A stretch of 64,000 bases of DNA, taken from assembly GCA_951406725.2 (NCBI GenBank), contig OX597831.1, positions 47,368,001-47,432,000 of the forward strand, read 5' to 3'. The translations under genes and the position numbers were made by a program. This document shows, one piece after another, positions 1 to 14,400 of this stretch. The stretch's first letter is position 1; each line of letters opens with the position of its first letter. The notes below the pieces were generated by a model, which saw only the letters and a list, made by a program, of their open reading frames with translations, was not told where the DNA came from and did no database searches. Source of the stretch: Octopus vulgaris (lineage: Eukaryota).

Positions 1-1117
1 CTGAGTCACAATTTATGTTCCTAACACTAGCTTAATGATAACTAAGTTATTTTGCTAAATTCTTTGTTATATTTAAATTAATTGAAAGATATACAGAGCA
101 CCTTAACAGAAATACAGTAATGAAAGTGTTAAACTTTTTACAGTTAAACTAGCCATATCCATCCCAAATATTTGACCTGTTTTATGTTCAAACTGGCCAG
201 ATCTGACCTTTGACTCCTACCCTATAAAATGCTCATTGAAATTGAGTAGCATCCTGTTTGCCGGGTGGCTGGGTAATTTCAGTCATTTATATGCCATGGA
301 AAGTAGGTTAAGCTCTGGCCTTATGAATCCTGGGGCTCATAACACAACTATCCCTGCCAAAATGCACATTGAAATCGCACAACTATGAGATAATGTATGA
401 TCAATTCAAAGCAGTGTGAATAAATAAACATTACATTTGACAGAATAATCTGATTGCTAAAGGGTTAAGAATATGCAGGCAGGGCAAACAGCTGAACCAT
501 CAAGGATAGTTGCTTGGGATAAGTGTGTCATAAGATCCAGGATTCATAAGGCCAGAGCTTAACCCACTTTCCATGGCATGCAAATGACTGAAATTACAAC
601 CCATCTTTCATCTCCCAAACAGGATGCTGGTCAATTATAAAATTGATTATGATTTTTTTAATACAATCAGAAGGTCATAAATTTGAGGAGAAAGTGCATA
701 ATTAGATCAATTTCATCCTCCTTCATTATTCTATTGGTTCTGCTTTTGATTAATCTCCAAAGGATAAAAATGCAAAGTTGGTCCTGGTGGAATTTAAACT
801 TTTAACATTAAAGATACACATCTAAGCACTGCAAAGCATTTTATCTGTTATTTTACTGATTCTGCCAATTCAATCCTTAATAGCAATAGTAGTAATGATG
901 ATGATGGTGGTGATGGTGATGGTGGTGGTGATGATAACTGTTGGGACCACATTTTATGAATTTTCTTATTTATATTTGAATGTACAAATTTATACATCCT
1001 CTTAACATCATTTCATTATTACATTAAAGATTTTTTAGACATAACTGAAGTTGTTTAAAGTGTATCACCCAAATGCACAAGTTCCATTAAAGCAGGTTAA
1101 TATTACAGATATTAATA

Positions 1118-1570
1118 AGGTGGCAAGCTGGCAAAATTGCTATTGTATCAGGTTGAATGCCTAGCAGCGTTTTGTCCATTATTATGTTCTGAGTTCAAAT
1201 TCCGCCAAGGTTGACTTTGCCTTTCATCCTTTCAGGGTTGATAAAATAAGTACCAGCTGCATACTAGGGTCAATGTAATCAACTTATTCCATCACCTGAA
1301 CTTGCTGGCCTTGTGCCAGAATTTGAAATCGACGCTACAGATGTTAACGCAGCATGCTAGCAGAACCGTTACTGTGCTGGGGAAAATGCTTAGTGGCATT
1401 TTGTCCATCATTACGTTTTGAGTTCAAGTTCTGCTGAGGTCGACTTCGCCTCTTATTCTTTCAAGGTCAATGAAATAAGTACCAGTTGTTCACTAGGGTT
1501 GATGTAATTGACTGCCTTCATTCCCCCGCAAACATTTTCCGGCTTTGTGCCCTATAGTAGAAAGGAATCT
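1118..1570 (+). mobile_element. SINE family B (~210 bp), two tandem copies
   Basis: GG(C/T)GGCGAGCTGGCAGAA head, GAGTTCAAATTCC B box, central GCCTTTCATCCTTTC.GGGTCGATAAA.TAAGTACCAG. Other copies at about 4376-4590(-), 12657-12870, 17283-17470(-), 21033-21210, 27097-27300, 31022-31225, 36633-36828(-), 46498-46695, 57090-57480, 59050-59220(-). Confidence 0.88.
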
Positions 1571-3419
1571 TATAGATGTTAAGAATCATGGTGCGATAGA
1601 CAGTAGAATGCCTTACTAAGCACTTTGTAGTGTTTAGTATTGAGGCTTAAGTTCCAACATTGTATCAGTTGATTTTGCCTTAAGGATCAATAAAATAAGT
1701 ACCACTCAAATACTGTGGGTGATTGAATTAGCTATACTTATCCTACCAAATTTTTTGGCAGCCTCATATCAATGCTAGAAACCATTATTACAAACATAGA
1801 TTTCATTAGTTGCAGTTTTGAGTTAAAAATCTCACCTTTGGCTGACAGTTTTGTGATTTGATTTGATTTGTCATTGTTGTTTAACCCTTGGCAGGCCTGA
1901 TGAAGTTAATCTATGATCAAAAATATTTTCTCTTTTTATTTGAGTATACTGTATTTTGGACTACGTTATCCAATGTATCTGTTTTATATGTAGTCAGATG
2001 TGAGTTGAGGGTGATTTGGTTGCTAATTCTAGCGAGTTGAACAATCTCATAGTAGCTACTTCATTAGCTCATGAGTTGACTGTTTTTCTTAACAGACAGG
2101 ATGTCTTAATATCAGAGAAGCTGAGTTAATCTCCAGCATACTCTGCTTGTTATACAGGACAGCATTCCTAATTAGATGCTGAACACAGCCATCAATGATG
2201 CCAAAAGAATTTGCCTAAACTTGCTTCAGTCAACAAACTTCAAAATTCCAACCTCCCCATATCCCATCACTGCTCCAAATAGTTCTCACTATGTCAGTTA
2301 TGTGTTGATTAAACCATTGACTCACAAGAGATGAATAAATGATGTAAATGCGAATAGCTTTGACAGAGTAAACATTAAAAAACATATTAACTTTATGTTA
2401 AACAGACCTTGAGCTTTCAGCTACTGCTGAAGTTGTATTCAGTAAAAGTAGTATGCTACAAAAGATTAGAGTGGGCTACATATGACACCTTAACTGCTTG
2501 AGTAAGTGGAGCATGGTTTGATTTTAACAGTGCTGATATGGAAGAATGACTATGCAGAGGAATTATTATATTCCTCAACTCTTAATGGATCATTCAAGCT
2601 TTCCTAAAGACTTTGTCTTTATGTGTATTGTCTTGTGAGGAAGTTAGGCTGCCAAAGTACATTCTTCTCTACGTTATTGACATTGGTTGGAAAATGCTTG
2701 TTTGAGTAGTGGTATGTGAGATTAACCTTTTGCTAGTAACCTGTCAGAAGCTGCCTTTAGTTCATCATCATCATCATCATCATTTAATGTCTTTTTTCCA
2801 TGCTGGTATGGACTGCATGGTTTGACAGGAGCCGGTCAGCTAGAGAGCTGCCCTGGCTCTCTCAGTTCTTTGGCATGGTTTCTACAGCTGGATGCCCTTC
2901 CTAATGCCAACCATTTTACTCAGCTCTGGCACAGGTGCATTTATGTGACACTGGCATGAGTGCTTTTTATGTGGCACCAGCACCCCTGGGCTTATAACAT
3001 AAGGAATGCTCAGCTGCTGTGATATAAAAACCACATTTTTTGTTGTTTTTTTGTTTGAGTATTCATATTTAAAATCTATCTTAATTTTATGTGAGAACAC
3101 TTTAAATAAATTGTTTCAAACTACACCTTGATAAAGAAGAGGTCAGACACCTTACTAAATTCCTCCAAATTCTTGATTATTTTAAAAGTTTTATTGAAAT
3201 ACATAGGCAGCATTATTTCTTGAGAAATATGGTCAGAAAAGATTTTAAATAGATCGAACTTGTATCATAGATTTATATCATTTGGTTATCCAGAGCTTTC
3301 CACTTCTCTACAACATGTCTGTTTTGTAACTTATCAGTCATATTGTTAAACACAAAGACTAAGGCTTCTTCTGTAAGTTCAGTGATCCTATGTCTAGTTT
3401 ATGTAAAAATGTATGTACG

Positions 3420-3460
<41 letters not shown>

Positions 3461-4586
3461 AAAAGAGAGAGATGTAAATATATGCCAGAGGTTAATTCTA
3501 CTTCGTTTATTGTTTATATTTTGTACATCACATGTAATAAGCATGATAGCTACATTATCAATCTCAAGTATGCAAAATGTTTTTATTTATATGTTGCTGT
3601 TATCATTTTTGAAGTTGAATAATTGGTTTCTGAAACAAAGCTCAGAATAGGAGCAGATAGTCATGAATTGTTCGCCTGTGAATTGTACTGAAAATGCTAC
3701 TGTGTAAAATAACTGCTACAATGAGAGCTGAGTTGTGTAGTTTGCACAAGTTGCCTTTGTTTTATTTGTCAATGTAAACTTAAAAACAATAGCCTAAGCA
3801 CCAGTACCCAAGGAAGCTGGTGGCTGTCTACATTTATCATCTATCTTTTACTTGTTTCAGTCATTTAGCTGTAGCCATGCTGGGGCACTGCCTTGAAGAA
3901 TTCAGTCAAACAAATCTCCTCTAATTAATATATATATATATATATATTTTAAGGCTGGTACTTGTTCTGTCCATCTCTTTTGCCAAACCACTAAGTCACA
4001 AGGACATAAACAAACCAACACTGGTTATCAAGTGATTAAGGAGTTACAAATACAAAGACACACAGATATATACATATATATGGCAGGTTTCCATACAGTT
4101 TCTCTCTACCAAATCCACTCACAATGCATTGATTGGCTTGGGGCTATAGTGGAACACACTTGCCATTCTGTGGAACTGAACTTGAAACTGGGTAATTGCA
4201 AAGCAAGCTTCTTAATTTCACAGTCTTGCATGCACCTATTCACCTAATCCATAGAAAAATTCATAGAAAAGTTTGATAAGACCAATTGCCGTAAGGTATG
4301 GTAATTGACTTCATTAAACTTCTTTTAAGCAATAATTTAACATGAAAAATTGGCTTCTTTGTGCACATACTAATCCTTTCTACTAAAGGCACAAAGCCTG
4401 AAATTTTTGGGGAGGGGACTAATTGATTACATCGACCCCAGTGCTTCACTGGTACGTAATTTATTGACACTGAAAGGATGAAAAGCAGAGCCGACCTCGG
4501 TGTAATTTGAACTCAGAACGTAAAGACAGATGAAATACTGCAAAGCATTTTGCCTGGTGCGTTAACGATTCTGCCAATTCACCACC

Positions 4587-4621
<35 letters not shown>

Positions 4622-4751
4622 CCTTATGAGCATAATAATAATATATAACTAGAATAAATGGGAAGACATAAATTGTTACTCTTTTCTGCTATTAGTGGAA
4701 AAATTCTGTTTGATACTCTCTAAGTTGTTTGATGTATATATAAACAGTTTA

Positions 4752-5150
4752 GGTACAGGAGTGGCTGTGTGGTAAGTAGCTTGCTTACCAACCACATGGT
4801 TCCGGGTTCAATCCCACTGCATGGTACCTTGGGCAAGTGTTTTCTACTATAGCCTTGGGCTGACCAACGCCTTGTGAGTACGTTTGGTAGAAGGAAACTG
4901 AAAGAAGCCTGTCGTATATATATATGTATGTATGTGTGTGTATGTGTTTGTGTGTCTGTGTTTGTCCCCCCCAACATTGCTTGACAACTGATGCTGGTGT
5001 GTTTACATCCCCATAACTTAGCAGTTTGGCAAAAGAGACTGATAGAATAAGTACTAGGCTTACAAAGAATAAGTCCTGGGGTCGATTTGCTCAACTAAAA
5101 GCAGTGCTCCAGCATAGCCACAGTCAAATGACTGAAACAAGTAAAAGAGT
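4752..5150 (+). mobile_element. tRNA-derived SINE family A (~400 bp, internal TA/TG microsatellite), representative copy
   Basis: A box TGGCTGTGTGG, B box GGTTCAATCCC, CORE-like CCTTGGGCAAGT. Other copies at about 3840-4240(-), 8607-8955(-), 9888-10080(-), 24553-24910(-), 48250-48560(+), 54479-55115(-), 57510-57674(-). Confidence 0.9.
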
Positions 5151-5534
5151 TTATATAATTCAGAAAAAGGTTGTATTTGTTCTTATTGCTAAAAATATAA
5201 ATAGTAACAAACTAAAAAGGTCACCTGTTGCATGACAGGTCTTTTGCACATTCTTTTGTGTGGTCTTATTTTTCTTTAATATCATCCTTGTATTATGTAA
5301 TGGACAAGAACTACATAAGAAAAATATATTTTCATTTGTCTTACAATGAAATGGTGTATGCAATTGAAGCAGTGTTAAATTAAAATAGCTATATATGTAT
5401 CATACTAGTATGTCTATTAGAGATTTAATCTCAGACAAAAAATAACACAGTAATTTGCCTATCAACATTGCATGTATATTATGTATGACAAATAGGTGTC
5501 TATTCTGATTTAATACTGCTTCAATTGCTTACAG

Positions 5535-5625
5535 TGGATTGTTTATTCAACTTGGCAGCTATTCACAATACCAGTGAATGTATTATTCACTGTTTACTAC
5601 ATCAGAGGCAACAAATCTTATTTAG
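5535..5625 (+). CDS. Candidate upstream exon of the TBC gene (coding or 5'UTR)
   Basis: ttacag acceptor and AG|GTATGT donor. The frame (DCLFNLAAIHNTSECIIHCLLHQRQQILFR) is open and would splice in phase to 9117. No homology support and no in-frame ATG. Confidence 0.3.
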
Positions 5626-5739
5626 GTATGTGGCTGATCGCAAGTACATATCATTGATGAGGCCCAGAAAAGCCAAAATGCCTCTGGTGCTCTCACTAGC
5701 TGTTGCCAGGATGATTTTTTTTTTTGCTGTTTTATCTCC

Positions 5740-5771
<32 letters not shown>

Positions 5772-6085
5772 GGAGCACTCCGTCAGTTACGGCAACGAGG
5801 GTCCCAACTGATACGATCAAAGGAACAGCTTGCTCGTGAAATTAACGTGCATGTGGCTGAGTACTGCACAGGCACATATACCCTTAACGTAGTTCTCAAG
5901 TGAGATTTAGCGTGACAAGGTTGGCCCTTTGAAATACAGGTATGTCTCATTTTTGCCAGCTGAGTGAACTGGAGCAATGTGAAATAAAGTGTCTTGCTGA
6001 AGGACACAATGCATAGCCGGGAATTGAACTTGTGACCTTACAATCATGAGCCAAATGCCCTACCCACTAAGCCATGCACCTTCAC
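5772..6085 (-). mobile_element. tRNA/CORE-type SINE family D, tail type 1
   Basis: tRNA-like head plus TGTGTCCTT.AGCAAGACACTTTATTTCAC core; tail shared with 11960-12140. Second copy at about 52066-52390(-). Confidence 0.85.
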
Positions 6086-6100
6086 TGTTATATATATATA

Positions 6101-6180
<80 letters not shown>

Positions 6181-6181
<1 letters not shown>

Positions 6182-6600
6182 ATTATTATTATTTGAGGGA
6201 ATAAAATCCAAACTTACAAGGAAAAAGAATTCAATTTAGAAATACTAAATCAAATTCCACACAATATAATATATATAAAATATTAGAAAAAAACCCACCT
6301 CAATATGAATAATTAACTTACACCATCTAGAAAATTACATATAATAAAAAAGTTAAAATTAAAATAACAATTAAAAAGTAAAGATTAAGTAAATTACAAG
6401 AATAATATAATGTATATAATAGGTAGTTTTTCTACCTATTATATACATTATATTATTCTTGTAATTTACTTAATCTTTACTTTTTAATTGTTATTTTAAT
6501 TTAAACTTTTTTATTATATGTAATTTTCTAGATGGTGTAAGTTAATTATTCATATTGAATTGATAAAAGGTGTTTTTTTTTCTAATATTTTATATATATA
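6181..6600. mobile_element. AT-rich fold-back element (Penelope pLTR-like), same family as 57751-58960
   Basis: 127-bp arms 6300-6426 and 6432-6558 with a 5-nt loop; embedded in (TA)n; alignable by eye to 57751-58035. Confidence 0.7.
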
Positions 6601-6882
6601 TATATATATATGGAGCAAATAATTCAGGAGAAAATGTTTGCAAAGGTATTATTGACTCTGTTATTATTTAGTGTAACAATTAAAAAAAATGATAATAACA
6701 GAATCCAATAATAACTGGCAATTGCAGGCCCAAAAAGTATTAAATAGCTTGATTTCTATAGTTATCATCTTTTTTTTTTCGGTGATTTAAATAAGAGTTT
6801 TGACTGTTATTTCCAGCAGGTAAGCATACCTAGTATGTCATTCGATTAATTTTAATCCTTCAGCTATTTACATATATCTATA

Positions 6883-6990
<108 letters not shown>

Positions 6991-7734
6991 GTTTTTAAAC
7001 TTAGCACATCCATAAGAGATTTTATCTTGGTCAAAACACAGAGTAACTTGCCTGTCAGTTATGTAAATACATTGAGTATGATAGGTAGCTACTCTTATAC
7101 AATATTCTAATTCAGTATGTACCTCTACAACATTTCTATATACACGATACTTTTGGTAAAAAAAATCCATTTTCATTTGTTGTTTTTGCCATAATGCTAA
7201 ATCCATCTGAATTTTGTACTCTGGGTATAGCTACATGGAGTTGATCATGAGAAAAACATTCATTGTTCTTTAGGTAGATGCCAACTTTTGAAGATGTTTG
7301 GCCTTGAGATTTGTGTAATTGTTAGACCAAAAGATGATTTGAGAACAAACTGATGCCTTTGCATTTGGAATAGCAGTACATGATCACCTGATGGCATATG
7401 TATTCTTGAGATAAATAGATCTTTCCCTTCAAGAGTTCAGAAGCAATAACAGGGTAAATAGCTGTGCTGCTGAGACTTTTAATAATAGAGCGTGTCTCAC
7501 TGCAATGGCCATTTACTGCAGCAAAATTTTGAAGAAATAAAGTGGTTGCACCTTCTTTGAGATGTAATCTGTGTTGAGTCTTGTGACTGAAATGAACTGT
7601 GTTTAAAAACCCAGTTGAGTGAAGATATACTTCATTGTTATTAAAGACTATATCAATGCTTAAACATTTGATTTGGCTTATAATTTCATTAATTTCAGTA
7701 ATGCCATTGTTAGTTACACACACACACACACACA

Positions 7735-7768
<34 letters not shown>

Positions 7769-9116
7769 TGCATGCACGCATACACATGAACAGAGAGAGG
7801 GGGAGGGAGGGAGAGAGAGAGCAAGTTTGCTAAACCAAGCCATATGTTCCTGGAGGTCTTCGAAAATGTAATTGTAAAAGATTTTGTGTAAAAAAAAAAA
7901 AAATTAACTGAAATTTTCATCTTCAATAGACCTTGTCAATGTGACTCTTTGCATTTACCATTTCAAAGCAGAAGTACCACTAAGTGGTCTCCATTGTCTC
8001 CGGCTGCCATGTGAATATGCAGCTTTCTGGGTGGTTACATGATTTGTTGTTTTTCCCTCAGGAAAAAATTCATGAAACAATTATTAATTACCCGTGCACA
8101 GCCTTGCCAATACGACTCTTTCCCTTTATTAATTTACAAGTAGAATTTCTTACATGGCATTTCAATCATTACATAATCCATTCTTTTGGCAATGTATTTT
8201 TAAAGGTAGTTCTCTGGCTTCATCACAATCCTATTATGTCATTGATATTTGTTTCATACATATTAGCATCTTTCAGTCAGAGAGGAATTTTTAATCAGAA
8301 CAATTTGGTTTTAAAACTGTTTCAGAAATCCTTTCTTTCATTTTCCATGTTCTTTTATTGAATGTGAACAGACCATTGAAATTGATATATCCACAGGGCT
8401 CTTTACTCGTGTTATTTTTTAACTGTATGGAACAGCAATGGTTTCTTTTTCTTGTCTGGAATCTCTGTGCAAACAAATGGATCAATATCAGCTTGCTCAG
8501 TAGGGACCAATACAGTGACTGTAGTAGGGGTCAACATTTGGCACCAAATCACAGTGGTGCCTCATTATAGTGACTTTATCAGTCACAGTGCTAAAGTTTT
8601 TTTTCATCTTTTACTTGTTTCATTCGTTAGACTGTGGCCATGCTGGGGCACCACCTTGATGGGTATCAAATAATGTATCAAATAAATCAACGCCAGGACA
8701 TTTGTTTTTGTTTTTAGTCTGGTACTTATACAAACTGCTAAGTTACAGTGATGTAAACAAACCAACACTGGTTGTCAAATGGTGGGCAAGAACAAACACA
8801 GTCATGCTCGCACATGCATACATACACACACAGAGGCTGTCCTACAATTTCCGTCTACCAAACTCACAAGGCATTGGTTGGCCCAGGGCTATAGAAGACA
8901 TTTGTCTAAGGTGCTGCATAATGAGACTGAATCTGAGCTACACAATCATGCTTGCATCTTTGTTATGAAAAATATTAAAAAAATAAACGTTTTGTATCCT
9001 TGTGCCTAATCAAGAGATACCCATGTTTTCAATTATAATGAGATCTTTTTTTAATTGTGATAAGTAACCCCTGTTGCAACTCATGTGTACATTAATTCTC
9101 TTCATATTTTTGCCAG

Positions 9117-9328
9117 GAATCTAGATACACAGCCTTATTGTGCAGGAAATGATGTTTCTGCTGATGAATCATACATCATCATGGATCTACCTCCACATTC
9201 TCCTTTCACCTTAGATACACCATACTCTGAAAGGTCGCCACCTCTCAATGAAGAGAAATTCCTCACCATGTTTGACAGTGATGGGCGTCTTGTGCAAGAA
9301 CGGCAGCTGAGGAAGGCAGTTTTTCTTG
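9117..9328 (+). CDS. TBC gene exon A (NLDTQPY...PPLNEEKFLTMFDSDGRLVQERQLRKAVFLG)
   Basis: ttttgccag acceptor, G|GTTAGT donor. Contains the pre-TBC 'PL..E.F..MFD.DGRL....LRK.VF.GG' signature. First in-frame ATG is at 9181. Confidence 0.9.
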
Positions 9329-11443
9329 GTTAGTGAGTTTTTATTCTTCATTTGTAATTGTAACATTGTTTTCATTTTAGCCCCAGTTCAGTCCTGCTCA
9401 AGCAGACCTATGATCAAACAATTCCAGTCATGACCATCCCTTCTAATTTTCAGACAATATATCCAGAATTTCCTTAGTCAACATGTCCTTATTTTGTTTG
9501 GTGGAAACTGACTGTTATTTCTAGCAAAACTAGTAACCATGTAGAAGCACCTTCTGGTTACAGTTGATGTTCATCATGTATTTACTTACAGCTTACAGTA
9601 TTGCTTGACAATGCTTTTAAATATTTCATCTTTACAAAATCATTTCATAATATTATTTCTTCTTTTGTAAGAAATCTACAGGAGGAAATATTCAAATCTT
9701 GGACACGATGCTTTACTGTATATATTCCAGTGCCTTGTGTTTTTAGTTCAAATGCTTCCAAAATGAACTTTGCCATTCATCCTTTTAGGATGTGCCATTC
9801 TGGTGGCCAATATGATACTCCCAAAATGTAGTTTATTTATGGTTTCATGCTGAAAAATGTTTTTTTTTTTAATTTTGTTTACTTGTAACTCTTTACATGT
9901 TTCAGTCATTTTGACTGTGACCATGCTGGAGCACTGCCTTTAGTTGAGCAAATCGACCCCAGGACTTATTCTTTGTAAGCCTAGTACTTATTCTATCGGT
10001 TTCTTTTGCTGAACTGCTAAGTTACAGGGATGTAAACACACCAGCATCAGTTGTCAGGTGATGTTGGGGGGACAAACAAAGAGAGCATGAAAGGCAAAGT
10101 TAACCTTTGTAGGTTACCTGAGCTGTATATATATAATCATCATCATCGTTTAACGTCTGCTTTCCATGCTAGCATGGGTTGGACAATTTGACTGAAGACT
10201 GGCGAACCAGATAGCTGCACCAGGCTCCAATCTGATCTGGCAGAGTTTCTACAGCTGGATACACTTCCTAACGCCAACCACTCCGAGAGTGTAGTGGGTG
10301 CTTTTACATGTCACCGGCATGAGGGCCAGTTAGGTGGTACTGGCAACGGCCGCGCTCAAATGGTGTTTTTTACGTGCCACCTGCACAGGAGCCAGTCCAG
10401 CAGCACTGGCAATGACCTCGCTTGAATGTTTTTTCACGTGCCAGTAAGGCAATGCTGGTATATATATATATATATCTTGTTCTCTTTCTGGCTGTCTGTC
10501 TTTGTCTAGCTATTCACCCACCTACCTATCTATCCATCCATTTGTTTGTCTTTCTTCCTTCTTTCTACAAACACAAAATTAGTAACTCCCAACTCTGATT
10601 GCTTATTGAGGAAGAAACAGATTTCAATATTTATTTAACATACACTTTAATGAAGTTAATCACATTCAAGCCAAATTTTCTTTTGAGACCATTATACTAA
10701 GTAGTAATTTTTACCATTTCTTCTTCATTAGGTGGAATCCAACCTTCTCTCAGGAAATCTGTGTGGCCATTTCTGTTTGGAATGTATCCATGTCAGTCAA
10801 CTAAAAGGTATGGGAACAATGTGGTTCTTGTAATTTTTTTTTCTTTTTTGTTATTTCGATTCATTTTCTCTTTCAACAAGTTAGATTATCATCATGATTC
10901 TAATGTCCACTTTTCCCTGTGTGTATATGCCAAATGGAATTCATTGAAGCACATTTTCTATGGCCAGATGCTATTCCTGTCACCAATTCTCATCCGTTTC
11001 CAAGGAAGGTAGTATTTCTCCATGACCGGACATGTTTTCATGGAAGACTGGAAATTAATGACACCGTTTGTAAGTTGATGGCACTTACAGCTGTCACATG
11101 ATGTCAAAATAAGAAGATACAAATTAAGACACACACACGCACACAAACACATACATGATGGGCTTCCATGCAGTTTCCATCAATATAAATTCACTCACAA
11201 AACATTAAAACATTGGTCGGCACAGGTCTATAATAGAAGATACTTGCCCAAGGTACTGCAATGAAGCCATATGACTGCAAAGTAAGCTTTTTAACCACAC
11301 AGCGTCTATTATATTTATTTTATTATTCTCCTGCCTAGGTGGGTCTGAAGAGGTTATGAACATTGTCCATTTTCTTCAGACTAAATAATCAAAGAAATAA
11401 AATCAGCCCACATCTCTTTCTTCCTTGCTGCCATCACCACCAC

Positions 11444-11475
<32 letters not shown>

Positions 11476-14400
11476 CCATCATCATTTTGTATCTACTTTT
11501 GCTCTATTATTTATTGAGGCAGTATTCTATGGTCAGATGTCCTTCTTGATACCAGCTCTTACTTGTTTTCAGTTAAGGTACTGTATTCCATGTCACTGCA
11601 TATTGAACTACCGCCAGACCTTTTGTTTCTGGGAGGTGTAAAGACCATTGTTGCTGCCTAAACAGTGTCGATAAGAAAAAATGTGGAGAAAAACACACAC
11701 ACACAAATGCATACACACCATGCATACAACACATATACACATTGCATACATACATGAAGTGGAGGCGCAATGGCCCAGTGGTTAGGGCAGCGGACTCGCA
11801 GTCGTAGGATCGCAGTTTCGATTCCCAGACCGGGCGTTGTGAGTGTTTATTGAGCGAAAACACCTAAAAGCTCCTCGAGGCTCCGGCAGGGATGGTGGTG
11901 ATTCCTGCTGTACTCTTTCACCACTCTTTCTCTCACTCTTTCTTCCTGTTTGTGTTGTACCTGTATTTCAAAGGGCCGGCCTTGTCACTCTCTGTGTCAC
12001 GCTGCATATCCCCGAGAACTACGTTACGGGTACACATGTCTGTGGAGTGCTCAGCCACTTACACGTTAATTTCACGAGCAGGCTGTTCCGTTGATCGGAT
12101 CAACCGGAACCCTCGTCGTTATAACCGACAGAGTGCTTCCACATACATGACATAACACGCAAAACACATGCATACATTATGTGTGTACATAGACTTTATG
12201 TTTGCTGAATTTTACTCCAAACCATTAAGCTCAAAGCTATGGTAAAACACACCAAAGAAGCCATGCATTAGGACCAGACTTGAGATCATATTGTTTCAAA
12301 GCAAACTTCTTGATCACAGAGCCATTCTTACACCTATTAATGAATAAAAATGAAAACTACTTTTACTGTATGTTAAGTAATTAATTTGTTCATTTATTTG
12401 TTGCAGAGAACGAGAAATAATTAAGTTGGAGTATGTAATAAAGTACCATGAAATGAAGGCCCACTGTCTCCACGTCCTCAACAAATTGGAGGCTGCTGCT
12501 GCTAAAGCAAATACAGGGGGTAAGTAACAGTTTGTGATGCTATTTCAAATAATGCAGCCAGTCACACCCCTGCAATATGCAGATGTATATGGAGATGATT
12601 TTATTATGCTATAACATATTAAATTTTGATCTTGGATTTAAGAATATTGGTTATAAGGCAGCAATCCAGCAGAATCGGTAACACGCCGGCCCAACTGCAT
12701 AGTACCATTTTGTCCGTCACTACATTCTGAGTTCAAATTCTGCCGAGGTCAGCTTTACTTTTCATCCTTTCGAGGTCAATAAAATAAATACAAGTTGGGC
12801 ACTAGGATCGATGTAATTGACTTAATCCCTTCTCTGAAATCGCTGGCCCTGTGCCAAAAATTGAAACCAGTATTATAGGTGCAGGAGTGACTGTGTGGTA
12901 AGTAGCTTGCATACCAACCACATGGTTCCAGGTTCAGTCGCACTGCATGGCACCTTGGGTAAGTGTCTTCTACTATAGTCTCAGGCCGACGGAAACTGAA
13001 AGAAGCCCGTCGTATATATGTATATATATATATATGTATGTGTGTATATATGTTTGTGTGTTTGTGTTTGTCCCCCACAACATCACTTGACAACCGATGC
13101 TGGTGTGTTTACGTCCCCGTAACTTAGCGGTTTGGCAAAAGAGATCGATAGAATAATAAGTACTAGGCTTACAAAGAATAAGTCCTGGGGTCGATTTGGT
13201 TTGACTAAAGGCGATGCTCCAGCATGACCGCAGTCAAGTGACTGAAACAAATAAAAAAAAATAAATATTGACTGAGATGCATTTGCTTGTCATCATTTAG
13301 TCAAATGAAGAAGGACAGAGTCTATAAACTATTTCTCAGGGCATCCATAATTGGTGGAACAAAGTTATTTTCAAGCCTGAAATATGACCAAATTGGTGGT
13401 GGCGGTGGCGGTGTTGTTGTTGTTAAACAGCTGGGTAAGGGATTAAGTATACAACACAAGAACAGTAACAATCTCTGTGTTAGGCTTGACAACGATACAC
13501 ATTTTGAAGGAAAGCATAATTAATTAAACCAGATCTCTGTACTTATCATCATCAACTCCATGACATTAATGCCTTGAGTCCTATATATATCATATGGCTG
13601 GTTACCTGGTTTCCTTGATGTATAAGTGACTGAGATCACAACCTCCTTCAATGGGACCCCAGTCCATTGCAGTATCACTCATTTAGAGCCAAGTGGATTG
13701 AAGCAATGTGGAATGAAGTGTTTTGCTTAAGAGTACAATGCACCACCCAGTCCAGGAATTAAAACCATAATCTTGCAATCGTGAGAGCAACACCCTAACC
13801 ACTAGGCTACATGCCTTCACTCCTGTACTTAACCAGTACTTTATTTTATTGACAACAGAAAGATGAATGGACATATTGACCAGTGAGACTGCATTGTATT
13901 TAACCCTTTAGCATTTTAACAAGCCATATCTGGCCCAAATTTTCTATCTGCTTTATGCCCAAACCAGCTAGAGCTGGCTTTTCATATCTATCCTATAATA
14001 TCATTCTAATGACAAACTATCGCATCACCAAAATCTCAAATTACAAGATAGTGTTTGATTAATTCAAACCATACATTTGATAGACTAATCTGAATGCTAA
14101 AGAGTTAGGTAAATATAGTAGTTTTAGAATTGAGTCTCATTAAATGATAATCAGCTGTTGCAGAAAGTAAACTAATCTAGATTGTTTTACTAAAATTATA
14201 TTTTAGATCTAAGCAATGGCTGAAAACATAATCTATATCTGAGCCTTGTTTTTCCTGTGAATCTTCTATGTAATTTAAGAAAGTAACTTGTGGCTGGAGT
14301 CTGTATGAAGATACAACTTTTGCTACCCATCACTCCTATTTTCTGTAGACAGTCATACATATTGTGAATACTTCGACTTATAGCAATTGTGCTGGCCTGT

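Noticed and set aside
4720-5235. Recurrent ORFs 'ASFSFRLPNPLTRLWSARG...' and 'DGLLSVSVYQIHSQGFG...' suggesting a gene family
   Set aside because: All are frames through SINE family A copies.
7322-7735. 137-aa minus-strand ORF in unique sequence
   Set aside because: Starts in a (TG)n repeat; no recognisable motif or convincing splice sites.
7984-8673. Overlapping plus-strand ORFs upstream of exon A
   Set aside because: Low-information AT-rich translations; no donor found that joins exon A convincingly.
11761-11835. tRNA-like sequences (also 29897, 44057, 6083)
   Set aside because: SINE heads: no complete cloverleaf, and they continue into repeat bodies.
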